DNA of 63,943 bases, the filler included, from Folioceros fuciformis (taxonomy: Eukaryota): assembly GCA_049999805.1 (NCBI GenBank). It is 5 parts of 3 records of this genome, joined end to end, with 100 filler letters (N's around TTAATTAATTAA, not from the genome) between each part and the next. Parts side by side here need not be neighbours in the genome. Positions count along the whole stretch, not along the records: positions 15,556 to 33,891 come from JBNGIO010006183.1; positions 33,992 to 41,009 come from JBNGIO010006183.1; 3 more parts are not named here. One strand, 5' to 3'. Made by a program: the position numbers and the translations under genes. A model generated the notes under the pieces. It searched no databases. It had not been told where the DNA came from and was given only the letters and a program-made list of their open reading frames with translations. Of the stretch, positions 24,497 through 37,400 are shown piece by piece (position 1 is the first letter of the stretch; each line of letters begins with the position of its first letter).

Positions 24497-25084
24497 ATGG
24501 CGGCGATGATGGCCTGTGCGGGCGCGGGCGGGGCTGCGTCTGCGGTGTGCTTGCCGCGGGCGGGCGTGGAGAGGGAGTTCTCGGGGCTGAGGTTTGGGGT
24601 TGTGGTTGGAAGGCGCGCGGAGCAGCTGCCCGGTAGGCTTGTTGTGGATGGCGGGGCGGCCAGGGTGATGATGGCGGGGCTGGCACCTATCCCGTCCACG
24701 CCCGCGCCGGGGGCGGTCGGGGTTAGGATTGGGGCTGTCGCGGGAGTGGCTGCGCCTGAGGTGGCCAAGATGCCGAGCAAGCAGAAGATCAGGATCAAGC
24801 TGAGGTCGTACTGGGTGCCGCTCATCGAGCAGGCGTGCAAGCAGATTCTGGAGGCGGCCAGGAACTCCAACTCCAAGACTATGGGGCCGGTGCCGTTGCC
24901 TACCAAGAGGAGGCTCTACTGCTTGCTTAGGTCACCACACGTAGACAAGGACTCACGGGAGCATTTCGAGATTAGGACGCATAGGCGATTGATTGATCTG
25001 GAGAACCCTAACGCGCAGACGATAGACGCTTTGATGCAATTAGATTTGCCGGCTGGGGTAGATGTGGAGGTGAAGCTCACTTGA
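24497..25084 (+). CDS. RPS10: Plastid 30S ribosomal protein S10 with transit peptide, intronless
   Basis: [61 protein letters not shown] after an Ala/Gly/Arg-rich N-terminal extension. Confidence 0.95.
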   Translation: MAAMMACAGAGGAASAVCLPRAGVEREFSGLRFGVVVGRRAEQLPGRLVVDGGAARVMMAGLAPIPSTPAPGAVGVRIGAVAGVAAPEVAKMPSKQKIRIKLRSYWVPLIEQACKQILEAARNSNSKTMGPVPLPTKRRLYCLLRSPHVDKDSREHFEIRTHRRLIDLENPNAQTIDALMQLDLPAGVDVEVKLT

Positions 25085-25812
25085 GGTCTCTTGCCAGCTA
25101 TCTTAATCCTCCCCGCATTGTGTCGTGGCACACACCACGGAACTCGCTGCGGGTATCATTCTCGCCCTGCGCAAGTTCTGAGCATTTAAGAGAGGTGAGC
25201 TTGTACAACTTGTAGCGAATGCTGGATTCAGCTAGTCGTTGTGCTCTGTCGGCGCCAAGGATTGCTTCAGCAGCCTCAGGCTTCGTCGTTGCCTGATGTG
25301 GGACTCCTGAGACATGCTGCTCCCTATGAACCAGTGAAGTTTTGTGAATTTCTTCTCAACATGCTACTTACCCCTGGATAGCCTCCTGTCCACAACACTG
25401 AGTACTCTCCATGTCCAGAATGTGTGACAAGCAAGGTCAAGTCCTAAGGATTGATTATGATGTGTATTATTATTATCATGTTTTTCTTCCTAGAAAAGAA
25501 ACCAATTTATTTATGAAGTTTGCCCAACTAGGCGACAAGGAACCCCGTCGGGAAGGCCCGTGTCTTCTTTTCGAGCGGGTTCCTGGAAACCCGCCCTACT
25601 AGGAGTTATGCGCCAAGAGTTTGTGAGGGTTTAGTAACTTCTTGGGAAAATGCTCCTCACGGATAGCCAAGTGTACTAGTCCAGCACTCCCATTGCTTGC
25701 TCGTCTTGCGAAGCTGTATGTGTCCTTTGGAGGAAACAGAAAGTCACCTTTGTATTAGGTTAGCAGAGAGTAGATGAGAGTCTAAGCTGCAGCAGAGGGG
25801 AGCGACGGCAAG

Positions 25813-27450
25813 ATGGCAATTTCGGTAGCGGAGGCCTGTGCGACCGTGCTCAGCAGGGCCCAAAGGCTGGACGCTGTGGAACGGCCGCTGCAGGAGGTTC
25901 TTGACTGCGTTCTGGCACAGGATGTCTGTTCTCCGCTTGGCAATTCGATCAGGGAGCCGTCCCAGGCTCTGAGGCCAATTCCTCAAGGAGACGTCGCCGA
26001 GGATCAGGTGGAAGACACAGATACCGCTTGCAATGGGCAGACTGTGCTGGAAGCTGGACACAGGATCACGGCGTGGGACATGGGCCTGCTCCCATCCATG
26101 GGAGTGACCCAGCTTCAGGTAACTGCACTGTGACGGTGGCACGGGATACCCACCTTAGCTTTCCTTCGTCCGGCTGGCTGATCATCCGGAATTTTGTGGT
26201 ACAGATCTATCCTTTGCCCAGGGTGGCGCTCCTGTCAACAGGAGACGAGTTGGTGGATCCGTTCACGGCCTCCGCCCCGAGGAGTGGCATGGTTTGCGAC
26301 GTCCCCTTCCCAGCCCCACGTGCGATCAGCTCTGCGGGACGAGTTCACAACCATGCTGCTTGCTGCAGATCCGTGACTCCAACAAAGCTATGTTAGCGGC
26401 TGCTTGTGCCGAACTGGGATGCCGCGTGCTGGATCTTGGCATTGCACGCGACCGCCCAGAAGCAGTTACGCAAGCCCTACACACTGCCATCGCCTCGGAC
26501 GCGCATATTCTCGTCACGACCGGAGGGGTCTCCATGGGTGACAGGGACTATGTTAAGCCTTTTCTCCGGCAATTGGGCCAAGTGCACTTTGAACGGGTGC
26601 AACCCAGATCACTACCGTGCTCTTCCGTCAGCACTTGTGCCACAGGCGCATTTGGCACTTACATTCTGCATGTTCCTGTGCAGGTGCTGCTGAAGCCTGG
26701 AAAGCCCATGACCTTTGCATCCATCGAGAGGAAAGCAGAGGGTGGGGTACCGCGTTCCAGTATGTTGGTGTTTGGCCTTCCAGGAAATCCCGTCAGCAGT
26801 TTGGTCTGCTTTTACATTTTTGTTCTCCCTGCCATACGGCAGATGGCGGGCTGGTTGCATCCTCACCTATCCAGGTCCAAGGCTCCGACTCGCGGCTCTC
26901 TTCTTTGCTCACGCTCTTCAGTCACTCGTCCAACAGTTTGTCATGCATTAGAGTGTTGTCACCGCAGAGTACAAGCCACAACGTTGCATCCTATCAAGCT
27001 AGACCCCCAAAGGCCCGAGTATCACCGGGCGGTTATTCGATGGAATGCTTGCTCAGTCCCGTCTGCAGTTGGGTGCGTATTTTGATTTTCCGCTCTTGGG
27101 TGGTGTTCTTGTAATATCGCTCGAAGGACGTCACTCACCATAGGCCCTGTTCCGTTGGCTTGTGTTTCAGTAGATTCACCGCAGAGAGCACAGGGGCCCA
27201 AGCCAGCAGCCGTCTCCTGAGCATGAAAGGCGCCAACGCACTGTTGGATCTTCCTCAGTCAGATGGAATTCTTCCAGCCGGTTCACTTGTGTCTGCCCTT
27301 CTTCTTTCCGATCTTTCTAAAGTCCCTCCTCCGGCTGATTTCTCTGCCCCGGAGACTCCACACCAGACAACGTCTGTGGAGCTCAGGAATCCTGGAGTAG
27401 GAGGTATGGGGGATTTGTTCCGACCCTCAGTAATTGGTGGCTTTGTGTAG
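25813..27450 (+). CDS. CNX1: Molybdopterin biosynthesis CNX1 E-domain (MoeA)-like protein, internally shortened, no G domain detected
   Basis: ISVAEA..VLAQDV, PRVALLSTGDELV, IRDSN..ML, LGIARD, VTTGGVSMGDRDYVKP, KPGKP, FGLPGNPVS, RPEYHRA, STGAQASSRLLSM.GANALL.LP, with GT-AG introns. Confidence 0.8.
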
Positions 27451-28554
27451 ACCGCCTCCGTCGCAGGTGAGTCCCTGCAGTTCTTTCTGTATGCGCGTAC
27501 AAGTATGTGTTGTGGTCAAACCCGAATGGGCGTGGGTTTGAGGGTTATTCGTTTGACAGTAGATTGGAGACAGAGCAAAAGCTAGTTTCTTTGCGTCCTG
27601 GTTGAAGAAATGTGAAGGATTGTGGGGCCGGGGCCGGGGCCGACATAAGAGGCAGCTCATGACGTCAGGTCCTCACTGATGAAGTCTGGAGAATCCACCG
27701 TGTGAAGGACATGTTTGTCACCGTTGCTTGTAAACTGGTCTCGTGAGTGGTGTTTTCCTCTGCCATACAGACTCGCTCGGGATGCTCCGGTTGTGAATGA
27801 GATCTTGTTTTCGCTATCTGACTGGGGGTGCCGATGCTGCCCCGTGCGGGGCGTGCAATGCATTCGCAATGCGGTGGATTTGGACGTATCGCCACCCGCA
27901 CTGTGGTTAGTTTCTTCAATAGCGGCGGTAAAAATGTGGGGTATAGCTGTGAGGGATATTGCAAAGACTCAACGAACCTTGGTCTAATCATTTACCATAT
28001 TATCCACATTTCGATCGTCGTACTTGGTTGAAGTTCAATCGATACTGCGTAAGTACTAAGTAAGCAAATGTTGTAGGAAACTGCAATGTTGCACTTCCAA
28101 GATTTCTCCACTATGAAAAGTGGGATGTTTCCTATTATTCAAGAGACTTACATTCCACGACGCAACAGAATTCCCCGGACAACCAGAGATTCGAGGGATG
28201 GCATGCATCTACTGCTCCAAGAAAGGAGGCTGCCTGCAAGAAACAACACACTTCCGCTCAGATATGCCCGTAGAAGCTGTAGTAAGTGAACGGCGCTGCT
28301 AGGGAGTTGCTCCAGGTGAGGCATTGTCAGAAACACAGGATGGGATGAAAGTTCACACAACTGAACTAACACCCACGAGCTCCACAGTCGAAACCTGTTG
28401 GGAATCACCAGGAAGACTTCTGGAAACACATTTTGAAAAGAGCTGAACTCTTCCTTTTTCCTATCAAACGTCCAACAAGTGGGAGCCCCTTCCAAGCATG
28501 CTCACTGGCAATATCGCAGTCTCTCGCATAGAAATCTCTCACACCTCAAAAGCC

Positions 28555-30590
28555 TCAGAATTCATCATCATCTTCCTCAGCTATGTGCTTGGCAAGCTCT
28601 TGTTCCTGCTGTTGCCTTTCTCGTCTCTTCTCTGCACTCTCCAGCTCCTTCTTATGAGCATCTGGTGGAAACCTCAATGCCTTGACTACCTCGTTGTGTG
28701 TGTTCAGACAGAACGCAATCCGTGAGTGAAAAGCCTGTTGAGGCTCCTGGGTTGAGTAGATGTCACCTGTTTCTTTTGATTGCATCCATCCATTAGCATG
28801 ATCAACAACGGCATCAATTCCCCCATCACGAATCGCCTTCGCCACAATGCTTTCTGCATCAGCAACTGTCATTGTTGCATCAAGATGTAGCTTGGCAGCT
28901 ACGTCAACAAGAGATATCCGTGAGTATGATATGCTGATATTCCGCAGCCCAGTCCTGATCACGTTATGCCGGAGTCGCACAATCAAATTGTGAGTTTTGT
29001 CCTTCAAGAAAACACTAGCATACTTCTCTGCAGTATAGCGAAACAGCTCCAAGTCCCCGATGCGCACGGCCTTCAGATCGTGACATTCATAAGGTTATCA
29101 GATCCCAGCTTAAGACTGCAATATTAGGTAAACACACAGTGTGAAGACAATACAACGATAACAAGGCTTGAGACCATGGACATACATTTGTAAGCTCAAA
29201 GTAGGGTCTAAGAGCCCCCTTCAATCCAGGCTGCATGAATGTTGTGCGCTCTGGAATCTCTCCCAGTAGAAGCCTCACAATAGCAGCCCATTTATTGCAC
29301 TGAATCAGAAAGCCCCGTGCTGTGCTTGGTGCCTTCCTAGCAGCCTGAAGGAGGCACTCTCTGGCATCTGTATATTCCAGCTGAATAGTCCGTATCTTTC
29401 CCAGGTAATACAGGTACCGACAAAGCTGCAATTCTATGAAAGAGTTAGAAAAACCGTGCAGGCCATCCAGGAAAGCGGTATGTGACCACTGTACCCACCT
29501 GCTGATTGGAATGAGTCTCAGAACGTTGTGTTTTGGAGCGCAGCTTTTCGGCTTGGTCGTACAGGTTGTAATGCAAGTAGTTACGAAGCAGAAGATTCAA
29601 CAGGGTTTCCTGACCGGCAAATAGCAACGATCCCAAACAGCAGAAAGTCAACATCGGAGCCTTCAGTGGATGAATCCAAGACGCGAACTAAAGGGTGAAA
29701 CACTCACATTCAGCTCACAGCAAAGCATACCTGACCCAAGTCATCATGTCGCAGTGTAGCTGTGCGATGCAACGCAAGTAGTGCACTGCAGAACCAGAAC
29801 CAGGAAACAAAAATGAGCCCACAAATGGACCCTGATGGGAAACAGGAATCTAAACGAAGTTTGCCTGAATGCAACATAAAGAGATGGACTGGACATACCC
29901 CCGAATCTGCCCTAGAGCATCAGCTTGCTCAAAACTGTACGAGAAATAGAAGTACAGCTTTGCGGCTAAGACATCCATGGTCCTACGGTTGAATTGCTGT
30001 AGCCTCCTTATCCCATAGGCGGAGACCAGTTTTGCCTGCACGACAGTGCCGGCAGATTCAAAACCATCATTGCCACACAAGGAGGGCACAATGTACCCCA
30101 TCCCACCAAAAACCAAAACTGGCGAAGAGACTGACCTCATCGAACTCCTTCTGGTCAATCAGATAAAGGAGGACTACCAAATACGTGTAAATCTCCAATT
30201 CCGGAACCATGGCCTGCTTATACACAGGCTGTGTCTGCGGTGCACCGGGGGTATCGACGTCCATCACTTCATAACCGCCTTCCCTCTTCCCCCTGGCCTC
30301 CTCCTCTTCTGCCGCCTGCGACGATGGCAACATAAGACCCAGCCCCACAAACTCGAATCAGAATCGAAGGAAAGACAACACGATCTCACCTTGGCGATAG
30401 GGGGTAGCAGACGCGAAAGCGCCTCCGAACCAGGAAGCAAAGTCTGCTTGATAAAGGGAAACAAGATGGACGCCCTCAGCTGGCGCCGCCCGGCCAAAGT
30501 AAGGCGCATGGCCCGCTGCAAGAGCCTCACTTCCTTGCTTGCCACTCCCTTCTCGATCAGAATCGCAGACTTGCCGAGCACAGACGCCAT
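28555..30590 (-). CDS. RPN3: 26S proteasome regulatory subunit RPN3 (PSMD3), multi-exon; start approximate
   Basis: KEVR...[80 protein letters not shown]. Confidence 0.95.
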
Positions 30591-30945
30591 GGCTATACCC
30601 ACCGAAGATTCCCAGCTCGTACTCACCAGCTCGTCTGCTGGCTGCCAAGAGCAGAGTCGATACACTTAGCTCGAGGACGAGGCGTCAGGCTACGATGCCT
30701 TCACGACTCTCAAAGTTTCTAACGCGTCTCGAAGTTCTTCCGTACTACACGTATGTACTTGTTGCCCTTGTCGACCGACCATCAGATATGCATACAGGAC
30801 GGCGGGCACCAAAAACCCAGCTCGACATGGGGCCGTGCGGCGGGACCCCTAAACCCGACCGTTCCGTTATCCTGTGTAAATGAGGTGTGTTTAGATTAGG
30901 CCGTCACTTACGACATTTGAAGGTGCAAGTACATACATTTTAAAC

Positions 30946-33342
30946 CTACCCCGACATGCGCGTAACGCCTTGCAACAAACCGCTTTGCTTGAGGTCTGCT
31001 TGGAGGTCTAGCAACTTTCGAAGAACACGTTCCCCCTGTTTTTGATCTTTATGTTTGCTCTCCCCTAGCGTGAAGACATGCACTTCCTGGTCGTGCTCGA
31101 TCCAGCACCGTCCCTGCTCTTTCCATGCACCTGCACTCCGCCTCAGCACGTCTACATCCCTTGCTGCGTCAAACATGCCAGCATCGTGGTAGATGTGAGA
31201 CATCAGCACATACGCTGCTGCCTCTTTGGGGGCTAACCGAATGGAGCTCTCGAAACAGCGTCTTCCCAGTGCTGGGCAGCGGTGGCTGCGGCAGGCAGCG
31301 AGTAGTGACGACCACACAGCTAAGTCAGGCTCCCACGGCATCTTGAGCACCATGTCTTCTGCTTGGCTCAAAAGTCCTGAGCGCCCAAGAAGGTCTACTA
31401 TGACGGTGTAATGCTGTAAAGTAGGATCAATGCCGTGGTCTCTGCTCATGGCAGCAAAGTATTCCAGGCCTTTCTCGATCAGGCCTCCGTAGCTGCAAGC
31501 CAATAGGAGCGCAAGAAAGGTGACTCCGTTGGGAGGAACACCTGCCCGCTGCATCTGCTCAAACCACTGCAAGCTTTTTTCACATTCTGCTTGTCGTGCG
31601 TAACCTGCTATTAATGCTGTCCAAGCAAATATATCCTGCCGTGGCAACACATCGAAAACCTGCTGAGCACAGGCCATGCTGCCACACCTGCCATATGCAT
31701 GAACAAGAGCATTTCCCACCAAAATGCTGTGCTCACATCCGCCTTCCACGATATCTTGGTGTATTCGATGGCACATATTTACGGACCCTATACTACTGCA
31801 CACTCTCAGAATGCACAAGAACGTAGCCTCATCCGCTCGAAGACCTTGCATTTGCATCCGGGCATAAAGGTCGAGAGCCTTCTCATCTTGCTGTTGCTCG
31901 GCACAACCTGAAATCATTGCAGTCCATGCCACCACGTCCCTCTCAGGCAATGCTTCAAAAAGATGGTAGGCGTAGTCGAGGTTCCCACACTTTGCATACA
32001 TGCTCACTAGAGAGCTGCAAACCCACCAGTGGGAATCATGTCCACCCGAGACAGTTTCAACATGGATTGCCTTCCCCTTCTCCAACGCCTCCTTCTTCAG
32101 CCATTGCCCGTCCACGAGTGTCCCAACCTCCATTTCTGCAAGGGTAGCACACGCTTTCAGGGCACTCATAACGGTCCTCTCGTTTGGCGTGACTCCCTCG
32201 TCACGCATTCGTGCATACAGTTGCAGCGCCTTCTCACCTTGCCCTAGTTGAGAATATCCAGTGATGAGTGCAGTCCACGACACCACATCGTTTTGAGGCA
32301 ACATGTCGAACACTCTTTGCGCATCTCGCATGCTCCCGCACATGGCGTACATGTGCACCAAAGTGCTACCAACAAAACTATCCGAGCCGTATCCCATGCG
32401 AACAGCTTCAGCATGTACAGCCAGGCCCTTGTTCAACGACTCCACCTTAACTGCCAAATCATTCTGTAATGTGCTTTCCTCTACGGCTGCAAGGCTACAG
32501 CAAGCTTGCAGCACCCTGACCAAAGTCCTGTCATTGGGTGTGACGTCTTCCTCCAGCATCAGAGCATACAGTTCGAAAACCTTCTCCCCTTGTTGCAGAT
32601 GAGCATACCCCGAAATCATGGCAGTCCATACTATCACATCACGATTCACCAATTTGTCAAACACATGTTGTGCCTCAACCATGCTCCTGCACCTGGAATA
32701 CATATCAACCAACGCAGTCCCCACAAACAAATCCTGCTCGCATGCTTGCTGAACCACTTCAGAGTGAACCCGCCTGCCCTCATCCAGGTCTCCCAAGCCA
32801 CCACAAGCTCTGAGGAGAGGGACGAACGTGTATCTGTTCGGCTGCACCCCCTCCTGTTTCATACGCCGGTACCAGCCTAAAGCCTCACGGCCTTGCCCTG
32901 TATTAGTGCACCCCGTGATGATAGCCGTCCAAGCGAATGCCCTCCTGTAAGACAACCTTTCAAACACCTCAATAGCATCCACAAGGCTTCCGCACTTGAC
33001 CAGCGCGTTGACCAGCGATTCGGCCAAGAACAGGTCAGAATCCATCCCCATCTTCACCATATGGGCCTGCACTACCTTTGCATCAGCCAGAGCTTTCTTC
33101 CTCACGCACGCCTGCAGCAAATCCTTGTAAGTGCGTACCAAAGTGGCCCTCCCCTGCTGCTCCATACGAAGTAGGACATCCCCTGCTCTTCCCACCTGAC
33201 TGCAAACACAAAATCCATCACACAACAAGGTCGCTACGTCTTCTAACAGCTGCTAACCACCATCTCCAATACTTACCCGCCCACTACCCTTCCAAGAGCG
33301 AGCAGCTTCCTCAACCTCCTCCGGCCTCCCAATCCCCGCCAT
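30946..33342 (-). CDS. PLS-class pentatricopeptide repeat protein with E1/E2/E+ extension (truncated DYW); short putative first exon 33277-33342
   Basis: 760-aa ORF of P-L-S triplets (xxWTAxIxGY, LVxMYxxCG), HYTVIVDLLGRSG, WSSLLAAC, AGAWKEQGRCWIE..VHVF. No HxE/CxxC deaminase signature. Confidence 0.93.
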
Positions 33343-33544
33343 GTCATCAAACACGGTACAGGGCGAAAGCCTCGTCCTCACCTTCGATACATGTGCGAAC
33401 TTGGTGGACGAGCTAAGAAATCCACATCCCAACATGGTGTCTTGGACGGCGCTCATATCGAAGTGCGTAAGAGATCACGGACTCGCAAATAGCGTAAGGA
33501 ATCCCAAGCACAACGTGTCCAGGTCACCAGATACCTTCGTTTGA
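33341..33544 (+). pseudogene. Single degenerate PPR motif remnant, opposite in orientation to the adjacent PPR gene
   Basis: CANLVDE...PNMVSWTALISKC...G matches the S/P motif junction. Confidence 0.45.
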
Positions 33545-33991
33545 GCGAGCCCGCTTAGTGCTCGCGAGTTTGTTCAATCCAGGCAACCAGATACTTCCAC
33601 GAGCCCACGGAGTACCCGCTCGGTGGATAAATGCAAGGAGAAATCGCTTCCTCACAGAAAAAAAAAAAAAGAGGACAAAATTGAAGCCGAGTGAACCAGC
33701 TACAAAGAAAGGGAGCTAGGGCAAAGGACTCTATAAGTAATGGCATAAGTGAAATAAGGTGAAAGTTAAAAGTAGAAAGGTGAAAGCTAAATCTAGAGCT
33801 GTCTTGATGAAGAAGCAAGTATGCTTCTTACTGCCTTTGGAAACAAAATGTGTGTTCCAGGCAAAACCTCCTAAGAAGGATGGAGTTGTAANNNNNNNNN
33901 NNNNNNNNNNNNNNNNNNNNNNNNNNNNNNNNNNNTTAATTAATTAANNNNNNNNNNNNNNNNNNNNNNNNNNNNNNNNNNNNNNNNNNNN

Positions 33992-34435
33992 GAACAGACA
34001 TGCCCATGACATAGCCCGTCGATATCGTGAAGAAAAGGAGCGTCAACGAGGACGTAGCCACAACTATAACACTTCTAGAGGATCTGGGTACAACTCCCTA
34101 AATGCACCACCAAGACTCCTAAGAGAAGAATGGTTGAAGGAACTCCTTCTTACACTTGAAAATCAAGGATGAACTCAATTTATAAATGAGCCTGCATTCT
34201 CTTGCCATGGTGTCTGCACACCATGGAAGAGAGCCATGGCTCTGATACCAAATTGGAAGACTACATGTGGAAGCGTGTCTTCTACATACAAAAGTTGAAT
34301 TAAGATTAAATTGTGAAGTATAATTAATTGTCCTTTTATAGGTACCACCCGAAAGGGTGTGTCCTTTCACTAGTCTAGATAACTAACCTATCAGTTACAT
34401 TGCTAAGCTATCTAGACCTAAGGTTACATAACTCA
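33992..34435 (-). mobile_element. 5' LTR, PBS and leader of a second LTR element nested in the 3' end of the copia at 34.4-39.9 kb; body lost in gap
   Basis: tRNA-iMet PBS TGGTATCAGAGC at 34239-34250 (minus strand). The adjacent sequence does not match the LTR at 39723. LTR boundary approximate. Confidence 0.5.
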
Positions 34436-37400
34436 AGTGAACTGCTACCTCTTCTAACTTGGAGGAAGAACCAGTTGAACAAAACTTTGACCCTAACTTC
34501 CTACATAGAACAAATGAACAAGACAGTAGCTCTGGTTTAGATTCTGAGGCCTTCTAAGTGTAAAGTAGGGTAGCTTACTCCAAACACTGCACAATCAGGA
34601 CATCTACCAAACATTGCTAAGCTGTCAGGTAAGAAGAGTCAAGGACTCCTAGTGACTCCTTGAACTGCAAATGTTTTACCTTTGGTAGGGCTTTGGTCAA
34701 ACGATTAGCTGCATTAGAATATGTAGGTATGTATACCAGATATATCTGACCTGTTGATACTGCATGTCGTATGAAGTGGTGGTGCACCTCTATGTGCTTG
34801 GTTCTTGCATGAAGAACCGGGTTCTGAGCAAGTGAAAGGGCAGACTGATTATCGCAATAGATTGTTGTTGGTTGTGTCAGCTCCTGACCTAAATCCTTGA
34901 GAAGTCTTCTCAACCATATGCCCTCCTTTGCTGCTTGAGTGAGGGTAGAATACTCTGCCTCGGTCGAGGATAATGATACTGTGACTTGCTTTTTCGAAGA
35001 CCAGGTGATTACCCCTCCAGATAGCAAGAATGTGTATGTGGAGAACGAACTTTCTGGTGTCTGGATTTGCAGCCTAGTCAACATCACAATAACCCAACAA
35101 GGTTAGTGGCTCACCCTCATATGACTGCTTTGTGTAATGGATGCCATGCTTACTCGTACCCCTAAGGTACCTTAGGATCGTCTTAACAGCCGACCAATGA
35201 GCCTTACCAAGCTCCTTAAGGAACTGTGATGTCATACTTACAGGTAAAGAGATGTCGTGCCTGGTGTGATTAAAGCAGAAGATAAGTGACCCCACTGCTT
35301 GTGAATAGGGAACCCCTTCCATTTCCTGCTTATCTGCTGCTGTAACTGGTGACTGCTCCAGGCTTAGCTTATAGCCTGCTTCCATGGGTGTTGCAGCTGA
35401 CTTGACATCTGTCAACTTGTATTTATGTAACATGTCAAATATGTATTTCTCTTGATGTATGATGAGTGTGCCACTTGACAGGTCACGGAGCAGCTGTGTA
35501 CCCAAGCAATAGAACAGCTCCCCGATATCAACCATGTCAAACCTTCCAGATAAGAGAGCCTTCACTATGTTGATGCCTTCTAGGTCAGTGCCTAGTAAAA
35601 TACAGTCATCAACATACAAAGCTAACACTACGAATCCTGGTTTGTCTTGTAGAAAGTACACGTTGGAATCAGCATCCCTTTTGCAAAAACCAAGATCCAG
35701 CAGAAACTCGTCGATGCACTGGTACCAAGCTCTGGGTAACTGTTTCAACCCGTAAATAGTCTTCAACAGTTTACAAACCCAGTCCTCCTATCCTGCAGTT
35801 TCGTATCCCTCTGGCTGCACCATATAGATTTCTTCCTCCAAGTTGCTATGAAGAAAGGCTGTTTTCACATCCATCTCGTGGATGTACAGGGAGAAGAATG
35901 CTGACATGGCGAACAGGGCATGGAGGGACTATGCCTTCACCGCCGGAGAAAGGTATCATGGTAGTCTAGTCTTGGGACTTGGGAGAACCCTCTAGCTACT
36001 AAGCATGCTTTGTACCTCGCTACAGATCCATCAGCTTTATACTTCAATTTAAACACCCACTTACAACTGACTACCTTCCTCCCCTTAAGCGGGGGACAAA
36101 CCTCCCATGTGTGATTGTGAAGCAGGGAATCATATTCGGAAGTAATGGCAGCAATCCAGTGACGTGAATCAGGACCGGAAACAGCCTCCTAATAGGACTG
36201 CGGCTCATAGCCAGGTTGGACAGCAAGGTGAGAAAACTCGGCAACTGTCTCATCTGGATTTGCTCCCACTACATGAGGAACTGGTAGAGTCCTACATGCT
36301 CGCCAGTCTTCTGCCTCATAAGGTTGTTCCCACCATTGATCTCTGCCCCTATGTGTTATCTTTGATTTGCGAGGTTGAACTGCAGGAAGATCAGGTGGGG
36401 GGACAAAATATTCAACGGGGTCGTCAACATCTGGATCAGCAAGGGCAGGAAGTACGGGCAGACCTTCAACTGAGCCAACGTCATCCACAGCTAGAGGATC
36501 AGGATCAGGGTGAACTGGCACAGCAGGTGGGTCTCCAGGTTCATGTCCGTCAGGTTGAGAGGGATCGACAGCAAGAAAATCCACAATATCCATCATGTCT
36601 GGGTCCACATCCTCTACCTGACCATGAACTCATGAACTTCCAGGTCAGGAACAATGTCTGAGTCATGAGGAGTGGTAAGAACAGTGCGTTCATCGAACAC
36701 TACTGTACGAGCATGGACAACTGGACGAGAAGATGGCTCAAACAGCTTATACCCATGGATACCAAGTGTGTATCCTATGAACACGTGTCTCTTAGATTTG
36801 AAAGCAAACTTCTATCTAAGCTTATCTGGAATATGAGCATAAGCTGTGCTGCTGAAAACCCTGAAATGTGAAATGTCGGGCTTCACTCCTGTCCAGGACT
36901 CAAACGGTGTACAGTCAGGAAGAGAAGACATCACAAGCCGATTCTGGAGATAAGTAGCTGCCTGAACAGCTTCAGCCCAAAAACGAATAGGCAACCTCCC
37001 CTGAAATAGCAGAGCCCTTGCAACATCCTGGATTGTTCTATGTCGGCACTCTGCTCTTCATGTCAGGATGATAAGGAATAGTCAGCTGCCTTGTAATACC
37101 ATATCCTAACAAAACTCATGGAATGCTGTACACAGGTACTCCTTCCCATTATCCAAACGGATGCACTTAAGTTTATAACCTGTTTGACGTTCAGCATATG
37201 CCAGGTACCTCTTAAAACTGTCAAATACATCGCTTTTATGCTTCAGCAATTCAGTGACAGTGAAGTGCGTTTTGTCATCTTCGAAAACAACAAAGTATTT
37301 TGCTCCTCCCCAGCTTGGAGTCGACATTGGACCACAAATATCAGTGTGAACTCAGTCTAACACTTCTGTGGATTTTCTTGGTTTCCCAGAACCAAAGTGT

